In this document: positions 1 to 8,024 of the stretch, piece by piece
Numbering within the stretch: the first letter of the stretch is position 1
Layout of the letters: the number at the start of each line of letters is the position of its first letter
Assembly: GCA_965209055.1 (NCBI GenBank)
Contig: OZ242374.1
Span: 4,640,001-4,704,000 of the forward strand
Length of the DNA: 64,000 bases
Reading direction: 5' to 3'
Source: Acidobacteriota bacterium
Lineage (GTDB): Bacteria; Acidobacteriota; UBA6911; RPQK01; JAJDTT01
Notes under the pieces: generated by a model
Told to the model about the DNA's origin: nothing
What the model saw: only the letters and a program-made list of their open reading frames with translations
Database searches by the model: none
Made by a program: the position numbers and the translations under genes

Positions 1-1
1 G

Positions 2-712
2 GTCGTCGACAATCCGACTGCAGGGACGTTTGGGGAGATTCCTCTTCTGGGCGGATATCAGGTCGATGAGGAAGGGGTGAGATCGCGGGAAACGACCGTT
101 ATTCAGCGGGGAATCCTCAAGACGCTCCTGACGACCCGAAACCCCGTCAGAGGAATCCCCAAAAGCACGGGTCACCGGAGAAATATGGGACCGTCCCCGT
201 CGAATCTGTTCGTACAGGCCCGGAATGCCATGAGTGGTGACGAGATCAAGCAAGAACTTCTGAGTCTCGTGCAGGAACGGGGACTCGATTACGGGATCAT
301 CGTGCGCAGGATGGGAAACCCGAACCTGAAACTGTCCAGGAACCGGCGCGCTCCACTGATGATGCGGGGAGCCATGAGGGAACCACAAGTCGAACCGGCC
401 ATTTTGGCGTACAAGTTGCTGCCGGACGGACGGGAAGAGCTGATTCAGAAGGTGGTCCTTTCGGGGTTCAGCGAGTCCAGCTTCAGAGACATCGTTGCGG
501 CGTCGGACGTGCCCATGAAATACGACACTGAATATCAACGTCGTGCAGGTGGATTCAGCATGCTTTTCGACTTCAGCGCCGGAGGCTCCTTTGGAACGCC
601 TCTGGTGTCTCTGGTGACACCGTCTCTACTGTTCGAAGATCTGACCTTGAAGAGACCCACGGAGGCCGTCCCCCGTCCGCCCGTGACTCCACCACCTGCT
701 CGCGGCCAGTAA
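2..712 (+). CDS. TldD/PmbA-family metallopeptidase-like protein, C-terminal part (5' truncated by window edge)
   Basis: Frame is open from position 2: VVDNPT...GGYQVDEEGV...VIQRGILKTLLTTRNP...STGH...PSNLFV...PSLLFEDL, typical of the TldD/PmbA C-terminal region. Confidence 0.7.
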   Translation, partial: VVDNPTAGTFGEIPLLGGYQVDEEGVRSRETTVIQRGILKTLLTTRNPVRGIPKSTGHRRNMGPSPSNLFVQARNAMSGDEIKQELLSLVQERGLDYGIIVRRMGNPNLKLSRNRRAPLMMRGAMREPQVEPAILAYKLLPDGREELIQKVVLSGFSESSFRDIVAASDVPMKYDTEYQRRAGGFSMLFDFSAGGSFGTPLVSLVTPSLLFEDLTLKRPTEAVPRPPVTPPPARGQ

Positions 713-787
713 CACCTGCGTCCCAATCTCCGCTTCCGCGACGCAGGAAGGCCCCTACCCGCCGCCACTGCCAAGCCCACCCGGCCC

Positions 788-3391
788 ATGTACAATGGGG
801 CCCGGTTCGCCATGACCTGCAAGTTCCGATTTCTCATCATTTTCGGACTGCTCGGTTCCGGCTTCGGGAGGGCCTCCCCTTCAGCGGCGGTCCTGGACGA
901 GTTGGCCCAGGAAGTCCGGACCCTGCTCGAGAACCATTGCGTTCAATGCCACGGTCCCTCGCAGCAGTTGAACGGCCTCCGCCTGGACAGCCGGGAGGGT
1001 GCGTTGGAGGGGGGCTATTCGGGGACCGCCCTGGTTTTGGGTGACGCCGGCGCCAGCACCCTGATTCAGCGGCTGACCAGCGACGACCCCACTGCTCGCA
1101 TGCCCCTGGCGGCGCCTCCCCTCCATCCGGATCAGATCGAGGTCTTGACCCGCTGGATCGACCAGGGCGCCCCCTGGCCCAGGGACGCAACGGTCCGGGC
1201 AGGCTTGGACTCGGTTTCCTCAAAGACGGACCAACACTGGTCGTTCCGGCCCATTGTCCGGACAGCGCCTCGGACGGAGAAGGCCGGATCCTGGGACCGT
1301 TCGCCCGTCGACTCGTTCATCCGTAACCGTCTGGAGCAGGAAGGGTTGGCCCCCTCCGCGATGGCATCCAAGGAGACCCTCATCCGAAGGGTCAGCGTGG
1401 ATCTGACTGGCCTCCTGCCCAGCGTGGAGGAGGTGGAAGTCTTCTTGCGGGACGATCGACCCGACGCCTATGAGCGCTTGGTGGACCGGCTCCTGGCGTC
1501 GCCCCGTTACGGCGAGAAATGGGCCCGTCACTGGCTGGACCTGGCCCGCTACGCCGACAGCGACGGCTACGAGAAGGACCTCCTCCGTCCCCACGCCTGG
1601 CGCTGGCGGCAGTGGGTGATCCAGGCCCTGAACCGGGACCTTTCCTTCGACGAGTTCACCATCGAGCAGTTGGCCGGCGACCTGCTGCCGGAGGCATCCG
1701 TGGAACAACGGGTCGCCACCGGATTCCTGCGCAGCGGCCTCAAGAACCGGGAAGCGGGCGTGCCTCGAGGCCAGGTCCGGTTCGAGGAGACGGTGGACCA
1801 GACCAACACCATGGGCACGGTCTGGCTGGGCCTGACCCTGGGTTGCGCCCAGTGTCACGACCACAAGTACGATCCCTTGAGCCAGAAGGAGTACTACCAG
1901 TTCCTGGCCTTCTTCAATCAGACCCAGGCCCGGGAGATGGACGCACCGCTCCCCGGAGAAATGGAGCCCTACCTGGAAGAGTTCCCCCGCTACCGCCAGC
2001 AGAGAAAAGAGCTTCTGGACAACGGCGAGATCTCGATTCCCCGGCTGCAGGCGCGATGGGAGACCATGCTCCTGGAGGCGGCGGAGCACCCGGGAAAACA
2101 CTTGGACTGGGACGACATTCTGCGGGGCGCCATTCTCAACGAGTTGGACCGGGCCGTCGAGTTGTTTCGTTCGGGTCCCGCGGGCCGCACCTGGCGGGAA
2201 AACGACCGCGTGACCCACTATTTCTTCAAATACACCGGTCCGGAAATCGCCAGGGACGAGGCCCTGAGCGAGAAGCTGAAGGACCTGAAGGGGAAGCTGG
2301 CCGAGCTGGAAACCTCCTTCCCCGACGTGACACGGGCCTATGTGATCCAGGGCATGCGGGCCGCCACCCATATCGCCCTGCGCGGGGACTACCGGGCTCC
2401 CGGTGTCCAGGTCCAACCCGGTACGCCCGCGTGGTTGCCCTCCTTCCACAACGGTAAGGAGCCACCCCGTCTGCGGTTGGCCCGGTGGCTCGTGGATGAG
2501 GACAATCCCCTGACCGCCCGGGTCGCCGCCAATCGATTCTGGCAGGAACTGTTCGGCAGCGGCCTGGTGAGGACCCCGGAGGATTACGGGATCCAGGGAT
2601 CCAAGCCCTCCCATCCGGCTCTTCTGGACTGGCTGGGTTCCGAATTCATGCGCCAGGAGTGGAGCCGGAAGCAAATGCTGCGCCGGTTGGTGACCTCGGC
2701 CACCTACCGTCAGGCCTCCCGGGTCGAAAGGAATTCAGAGGAGATGGATCCGGAGAACGTCCTGCTGGCCCGTCAGAGCCGGCTGCGCCTCTCCGCCGAG
2801 TTGATCCGCGACGCCGCATTGTCGGCAGCCGGCGTGCTGGATTCGCGAGTCGGCGGCAAGAGCGTTCGTCCCCCTCAGCCCGACTGGGTCTCCGAGATCA
2901 CCTACGGCAAGTCCGACTGGGAGTCCAGTTCCGGTGCGGACCGCTTCCGGCGCGGGCTCTATGTGCTGTTCAAGAGAAGCGCCCCGTATCCCCAGATGGT
3001 GAATTTCGATGCTCCCGACGCCAGCGCCACCGTCTGCCGCCGGGACCGCTCCAACACGGCGCTCCAGGCCCTGAACCTGCTCAACGATCCCGTCTTCCTG
3101 GAAGCCGCCCGGTTCCTGGCGGTGCGCACGCTCCGGGAGGCGCCGCCCCGCTGGGAAGACCGCCTCCATCACATCTACCATCTCTGCTTGAGCCGGGACC
3201 CCGGTCCCGCGGAACTCGGCCGTTTCCGCCGGTTCTTTGAGCGCCAGAGGGCGATTTTCCAGGAGGAACCGGAGTCGGTGAAAGACCTTGCGTCCGGGTC
3301 CGGCTCCGATCTGGATGCTCTGCAGGTGGCGTTGTGGACCACCGCAGCCAGGGCCGTGTTGAACCTGGACGAGTTCATCACCCGGGAATGA
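788..3391 (+). CDS. Planctomycete cytochrome c / DUF1549 (PSCyt2) / DUF1553 (PSD1) protein
   Basis: CVQCHG and CAQCHDHKYDP heme motifs; YGEKWARHWLDLARYADS, NPLTARVAANRFWQ and QALNLLND signatures. Confidence 0.9.
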   Translation: MYNGARFAMTCKFRFLIIFGLLGSGFGRASPSAAVLDELAQEVRTLLENHCVQCHGPSQQLNGLRLDSREGALEGGYSGTALVLGDAGASTLIQRLTSDDPTARMPLAAPPLHPDQIEVLTRWIDQGAPWPRDATVRAGLDSVSSKTDQHWSFRPIVRTAPRTEKAGSWDRSPVDSFIRNRLEQEGLAPSAMASKETLIRRVSVDLTGLLPSVEEVEVFLRDDRPDAYERLVDRLLASPRYGEKWARHWLDLARYADSDGYEKDLLRPHAWRWRQWVIQALNRDLSFDEFTIEQLAGDLLPEASVEQRVATGFLRSGLKNREAGVPRGQVRFEETVDQTNTMGTVWLGLTLGCAQCHDHKYDPLSQKEYYQFLAFFNQTQAREMDAPLPGEMEPYLEEFPRYRQQRKELLDNGEISIPRLQARWETMLLEAAEHPGKHLDWDDILRGAILNELDRAVELFRSGPAGRTWRENDRVTHYFFKYTGPEIARDEALSEKLKDLKGKLAELETSFPDVTRAYVIQGMRAATHIALRGDYRAPGVQVQPGTPAWLPSFHNGKEPPRLRLARWLVDEDNPLTARVAANRFWQELFGSGLVRTPEDYGIQGSKPSHPALLDWLGSEFMRQEWSRKQMLRRLVTSATYRQASRVERNSEEMDPENVLLARQSRLRLSAELIRDAALSAAGVLDSRVGGKSVRPPQPDWVSEITYGKSDWESSSGADRFRRGLYVLFKRSAPYPQMVNFDAPDASATVCRRDRSNTALQALNLLNDPVFLEAARFLAVRTLREAPPRWEDRLHHIYHLCLSRDPGPAELGRFRRFFERQRAIFQEEPESVKDLASGSGSDLDALQVALWTTAARAVLNLDEFITRE

Positions 3392-3394
3392 AAG

Positions 3395-4840
3395 ATGACT
3401 CCCCTTCAACTTCGTGAACTTCAAGGCCGGCGGGACTTCCTGCAGAACTGCGCCTCCGGAATCGGCGTCATGGCCCTGGCCGACCTTCTCACCCTGGACG
3501 GACTGACCGCCGCTCCCACTCCAGGCGGCCCGCTTCAACCGGCGGCGCCCCACTTCGCGCCCAAGGCCAAGAACTTCATCTTCATGTTCATGGAGGGTGG
3601 CCCCAGCCAGTACGAGCTCTTCGATCACAAACCGGCCCTGGACCAATACCACGGCAGCCCGCTTCCCAAGTCCCAGACCGAAGGACTGGAATTCGCCTTC
3701 ATCCAGCCTTCGGCGTCGATCCTGGCCAGCTCCGTCCCCTTCCGGCGCTACGGCCAATGCGGCATGGAGCTCTCGGAGCTGATTCCCCACATCGGCTCCT
3801 GCGCCGACGACATCTGCCTGGTCCGCTCCATGCACACCGACTCCTTCAACCATCACCCGGGACAACTGCTGCTCTTCACCGGAACCATTCAGATGGGCCG
3901 TCCCAGCCTCGGCGCCTGGATCTCCTACGGCCTGGGGAGCGAGTCCCGCAACCTCCCCGGATTCGTGGTCCTGACTTCCGGCCCGGGAGGCACCAGCGGC
4001 GGGTCCACCAATTTCGCCAGCGGATTTCTTCCCTCCCACTACCAGGGAACGGTCTTTCGCCAGTCGGGCGATCCGATTCTCTACCTGGGCAACCCGCCCG
4101 GCGTCAGCCGCTCGACCCAGAGGGCGTCGCTGGACCTGATCCGGGATCTGAACCGGCAACATGGGGAGTCCACCGGAGACGCCGAGATCGCCTCCCGCAT
4201 CTCCAACTACGAGCTGGCGTTCCGCATGCAGACGGCGGCTCCGGAGCTGACCGATCTCTCCACCGAACCGGCCGGGATCCGGGAACTCTATGGCCTCGAC
4301 CGCACGGACAAGGCCGAGCGCCAGTTTGCGGCCAACTGCGTGCTGGCCCGGCGCATGGTGGAGCGGGGCGTCCGTTTCGTCCTGATGATGGACCACGGCT
4401 GGGACGACCACACCGAGATCAACAAGAAGATCCCCAAACGCACCCGCAAGATCGACCGGCCTACGGCGGCTCTGCTCAAGGACCTGAAGCAGCGGGGCCT
4501 GCTGGAGGAGACCCTGGTGGTCTGGGGCGGCGAGTTCGGGCGGACACCCATGGTGGAATTGAGGCGGCCAGAGGACGCCAGCTACGCGGGCCGAGATCAC
4601 CAACCTTCCGCCTACAGCCTCTGGATGGCCGGCGGGGGAATCCAGGGGGGCCAGGTGGTGGGGCGAACCGACGACTTCGGGATCCGGATCGAGGAAGACC
4701 CGATCCACGTCCACGACCTGCAGGCCACCCTGCTGCACTGCCTCGGCCTGGACCACACCCGGCTCACCTACCGCTACATGGGCCGAGAGTTCCGCCTCAC
4801 CGACGTGGCCGGCCGGGTGATGGAGAAACTGTTGGCGTAG
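3395..4840 (+). CDS. DUF1501 domain protein (sulfatase-like fold)
   Basis: RRDFL Tat-like N-terminus, FMEGGPSQ, WDDH, GEFGRTP, GRDH, HVHDLQAT; 3 nt downstream of the DUF1553 gene, the usual pairing. Confidence 0.9.
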   Translation: MTPLQLRELQGRRDFLQNCASGIGVMALADLLTLDGLTAAPTPGGPLQPAAPHFAPKAKNFIFMFMEGGPSQYELFDHKPALDQYHGSPLPKSQTEGLEFAFIQPSASILASSVPFRRYGQCGMELSELIPHIGSCADDICLVRSMHTDSFNHHPGQLLLFTGTIQMGRPSLGAWISYGLGSESRNLPGFVVLTSGPGGTSGGSTNFASGFLPSHYQGTVFRQSGDPILYLGNPPGVSRSTQRASLDLIRDLNRQHGESTGDAEIASRISNYELAFRMQTAAPELTDLSTEPAGIRELYGLDRTDKAERQFAANCVLARRMVERGVRFVLMMDHGWDDHTEINKKIPKRTRKIDRPTAALLKDLKQRGLLEETLVVWGGEFGRTPMVELRRPEDASYAGRDHQPSAYSLWMAGGGIQGGQVVGRTDDFGIRIEEDPIHVHDLQATLLHCLGLDHTRLTYRYMGREFRLTDVAGRVMEKLLA

Positions 4841-4855
4841 ACGTTCTGAGATTCG

Positions 4856-4880
4856 GGAGGGGACCTTCCTGTCCCTCCGA
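4856..4880 (+). repeat. GGAG-footed REP-like palindrome
   Basis: GGAG-GGGAC-CTTCCT-GTCCC-TCCGA; partner of the REP interrupted by element E1. Confidence 0.7.
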
Positions 4881-4891
4881 GGCAGTGGGGG

Positions 4892-4930
4892 TAGGAAATC
4901 CGTTGCTCTGTCCAACTGAGCTACGGGATT
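4892..4930 (-). other. tRNA 5'-half-like sequence forming the left att arm of E1
   Basis: Minus strand reads AATCCCG TA GCTC AGTTGGACA GAGC A ACGGA TTTCCTA (acceptor strand, D-arm, anticodon 5' strand, 7-nt loop); no T-arm follows. Confidence 0.75.
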
Positions 4931-4972
4931 GATCCTTTCTTTTCAACCCTTTATCCCAGTTTTTCCCTCGAA

Positions 4973-6058
4973 TCATTTCCCCTTGCTCCCGACCCGTTGC
5001 CTGTTTGTTGCCTGTTGCGTTTGTGAGTCTTCGTTAGCCTGTGCCTCTCGAATGCTCTGGAGCGCATGCGAACTGACGTACCCCGCGTAGCGCATCGTCG
5101 TGCTGATCGCAGAGTGTCCCATCAGCTTCTGCACCGTCCTCACGTCCACGCCCCGCATCAGCCAATGGCTGCAACGGAATCGCCTCAGGTCGTGAAACCC
5201 AACCTTCAATCCCACCCGCTCGGCAGCACGACGTAGAGACTTGTCGGGATTCACCCATCTTGTCCCGGTCCGGCTGTTGACGAAGACGTATGGGATGTTC
5301 AGGTAGCGAACCAGCCCGGCCAGATATCCGGCGGCGTACTTCGAGAGCGGAATCTCTCTCGGTTCGTCGTCCTTGGTGAACTCCACCCACAACATCCGCC
5401 GACTCAGGTCCACCCGGCTCCAGGTGAGCGACAACGCTTCTCCCTTTCGAATCCCCGTCTCGCCGATCACTGCGATCATGGCTTGCATGTAAGGGTTGTC
5501 TATCGCCTCGACCAGGTCGCGGAACTGTTGAACCGCCAAAGGCCGGAAGACCTTCTTCGGCTCCTTTAGTTTGGGGAACCGAACCAGCGGATGTGTGTCC
5601 ACTTCCCCACACTCCAGTGCGTAGGAAAACAGCTTGCTGATGGCCGCAATGTCGCGGTTCACTGTGGCTGGCTGGACCTGTCCCTTCCGTTTCGCGACGT
5701 AGCGGTGGAGGTCCTTGCGCTGGAATTCCTTCAGGGGAATGTTTCCCAGCATGGCGTTGAGGCTCTTGAACGAGAGCGCATAGCGGCGCAAGCAGCGCAG
5801 ACGAGGTTTGCAATACTCCTCGAAAAAACGCTCGTAGAAACTCTGGACCGTCCAGATGGTGCGTTTCCCACCGGCGAGCTCGCGCTTGAGCTGCTTCCAG
5901 GTGCCGTCCAGGATGCTCGACTCGATTCGTGTTTGAAGTGCCTGTGCGCTCCGGTAATTGGGGGCGTACATTCGGAGCCGACCGGATCCGTTCGGCCAGT
6001 ACTTGCTGACGACATACCGCTGTCTCCCCCGGCGGTCCTTCACCTTGTAGATGCCCAT
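4973..6058 (-). CDS. Tyrosine recombinase / phage-type integrase of E1
   Basis: GIRKGE (R), TKDD (K), HDLRR (HxxR), LMGH, TTMRY catalytic set; AAGGAGG RBS. Confidence 0.95.
   Translation of the reverse strand: MGIYKVKDRRGRQRYVVSKYWPNGSGRLRMYAPNYRSAQALQTRIESSILDGTWKQLKRELAGGKRTIWTVQSFYERFFEEYCKPRLRCLRRYALSFKSLNAMLGNIPLKEFQRKDLHRYVAKRKGQVQPATVNRDIAAISKLFSYALECGEVDTHPLVRFPKLKEPKKVFRPLAVQQFRDLVEAIDNPYMQAMIAVIGETGIRKGEALSLTWSRVDLSRRMLWVEFTKDDEPREIPLSKYAAGYLAGLVRYLNIPYVFVNSRTGTRWVNPDKSLRRAAERVGLKVGFHDLRRFRCSHWLMRGVDVRTVQKLMGHSAISTTMRYAGYVSSHALQSIREAQANEDSQTQQATNRQRVGSKGK
4998..5016 (+). repeat. Putative integrase arm-type site (TGCCTGTTTGTTGCCTGTT), left end of E1, inside the int 3' end
   Basis: Identical at 12759-12777 and 24762-24780, near-identical at 21847-21864; each lies 99-109 bp from a 7-bp core. 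Confidence 0.75.
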
Positions 6059-6123
6059 GCATCTCCTCCTTTCTGGATCCGGGTTCTTCGCCGTGGGGCG
6101 AATCGTACCACGGCTCCAGAGAA
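6059..6123 (-). promoter_or_regulatory. Integrase promoter/leader (extended -10 TGgTACGAT, RBS AAGGAGG, 15-bp motif CGGCGAAGAACCCGG)
   Basis: Same sequence as 22908-22972 in E2; the motif recurs at both right ends. Confidence 0.6.
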
Positions 6124-6642
6124 TCGGCGTAGGCGTTCAGGTCTTCCAAGGCGAAGCCGCGGTAGCGACTACTACCTCCAGTTTAGGGTGAATCCCTCTA
6201 AGGCGGGTGACAAAACTGTCGTCAAAGTCATTCGTAAAAAATCGCTACGCGAGTTGAAGAAGATCGACGAGGCGCGGCCGGGACTCAAATGCGGCCTGGC
6301 GCGGGGTGCCCTCATTGTCGAGCCATCCGTGCCATCGGTTCCCTTCCTCACCCAGTAATCGGCGCGGTCCTTTCCACAGCGCCCAGGGACTTTTCCACGG
6401 AAAAACGGGCGTAGTTCTCTTCTCTTCAAGTCGGTAAGAGCAAGTAGCTAGTTGCAAATAACCGAACCGGGCGGGATGTGGAAACCATCGGAAAGGGAAT
6501 CCGGACCCGGCAGGGTAATGACGGCTTCGTCACAGGCGCAGCCGGCACAGGATCAGAGCAAAGGAGGAAGAGGCTTTTAAGGGGAGGACAAACAGAGACG
6601 AGGAAGGGGTGCGGAGGCACCCGCTCGACTGAGGGAGGCATT

Positions 6643-7590
6643 CTATCCGTGTGAAGGCACCGGCAAGAGAGTTAGGTAGTCGTGTCCACGTCCAGCGACT
6701 ACGTGGTATTTCCACTCCACCTCTGTTTTCTCTATCTTCACTCTGACGCGAGCACCGAATGGATCACGTCCGGCTATCTCTTCCACTTTACTCATATCGT
6801 CAAATGTGGCCGTCGCCACCGCGCTCTCGCCAAATCTAGATATACCGAAGTAGTGTCCGTCACGCAGTTGGAATTGCTTGTCGCCCATCAATTGGACAGA
6901 GTCCGCATAGATCGCACCGTCGTCGGCTTTGGGAAGAATGATGCCCCATTTGTCGAATTTCACCATCCAAAATTGAGGCTGCTTGGTGTGGATAAAAATC
7001 CAGTCCCTTTTAGGTCCGTCCGTGACCTCACTCATGAACCGCTCGATAAGCCGTTGTTCCGGGTGCATGATCTGCTCGCGCACAAGAGATACAGCCGTGC
7101 CCGCCGCGTAATCGTAACCTCGCCTTCCCAGCAAAGTGAACACCGAGAGGTAGGCAGCCTTCAGCCAACTGATGGTAGCGAAGCGTGGATCTGGCATTTT
7201 GAGTCGTACCTGGAACTCATCAGGCTTGAGAGTGTGCAGCACATGGGGTGAAACTCGGAGACCCGCCGTCCGTATGTCTATTATGTCATCTTCACCCACA
7301 TCAAGCTCAGCCCTGTGCGGGACACCTTTAATCTCCACAGTCGCCGTGGGCGCATGCATCAAAATTGATGCAGCCTGCTCCATTCCCCTTCCCGCCCGTT
7401 CATTACAGGTCCCGCAGGTAAGACAGATGTATCTGCTGGCAGAACTCAGCGCTTTGGGAGGAACATGCTCCAACGTGACGTCAACGCCACGCTTGACGCG
7501 CCCTTTCGTAAAAGGTGTTAGGCAGATCGGACACGCGTCGTTGCCCCGCCCGAACAGACTCATGCGCCGTTCGCTACCGGACCTACGCAT
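6643..7590 (-). CDS. HNH endonuclease domain protein
   Basis: CPIC...TLEHVPPKAL...CLTCGTCNERAG zinc-HNH motif; ATG at 7590 is 2 nt after the upstream stop (ORF track extends it to 7698). Confidence 0.75.
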   Translation of the reverse strand: MRRSGSERRMSLFGRGNDACPICLTPFTKGRVKRGVDVTLEHVPPKALSSASRYICLTCGTCNERAGRGMEQAASILMHAPTATVEIKGVPHRAELDVGEDDIIDIRTAGLRVSPHVLHTLKPDEFQVRLKMPDPRFATISWLKAAYLSVFTLLGRRGYDYAAGTAVSLVREQIMHPEQRLIERFMSEVTDGPKRDWIFIHTKQPQFWMVKFDKWGIILPKADDGAIYADSVQLMGDKQFQLRDGHYFGISRFGESAVATATFDDMSKVEEIAGRDPFGARVRVKIEKTEVEWKYHVVAGRGHDYLTLLPVPSHG

Positions 7591-7592
7591 TC

Positions 7593-7997
7593 TCAATTCC
7601 TTTTCATGTTCTGGACATGGAGATAACTTCCGAGCGCATGGTAGTGTTTTTTCAAGGCCGCCGTATTGAATACTGGCTCCGAGCCTAGCCGCTTCCACTC
7701 CCGTGGTGGACTACCTTCCGTCTCTTCACGGCTATAGGAGAGTGATCTAGACCTATCCGCCATGGGATCCATTTCTAGAAGTCCCGCCATCACCTTCTGT
7801 GGTTGCCATGTCTCGTATTCATCCGGCGGAAACTCTTTCTTGTACGCAATGGCACGGTCGTAGGTAAGCGCCTCAATTGCCATACGCAGTTCCAGCATGG
7901 CGTATTTCAGACGCTCGTTATCGCCAGAGACAAAATCTTCTTGGAAACGCTTCAGATGTCTTCGGGCATCAGTACGAAACCTAGTCCGGGCAAGCAT
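7593..7997 (-). CDS. Hypothetical protein, HEPN-like helical domain, possibly C-terminally truncated
   Basis: YAMLELRMAIEAL helix and HYHALGSYLH motif resemble HEPN-fold proteins; lies between the R-M and HNH genes. Confidence 0.5.
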   Translation of the reverse strand: MLARTRFRTDARRHLKRFQEDFVSGDNERLKYAMLELRMAIEALTYDRAIAYKKEFPPDEYETWQPQKVMAGLLEMDPMADRSRSLSYSREETEGSPPREWKRLGSEPVFNTAALKKHYHALGSYLHVQNMKRN

Positions 7998-8024
7998 GAC
8001 GTTGCGCCGATGGTGGATAGCACA

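Noticed and set aside
4850-4930. Complete tRNA gene at the E1 left end (and at 21700-21780 for E2)
   Set aside because: Only positions 1-38 are tRNA-like; no TTC-containing T-arm or pairing 3' acceptor strand in the integrated or reconstructed circular form.
6172-6641. Excisionase or regulator ORF upstream of the E1 integrase
   Set aside because: Several short overlapping ORFs, none with an HTH-like pattern or RBS, and none shared with E2.
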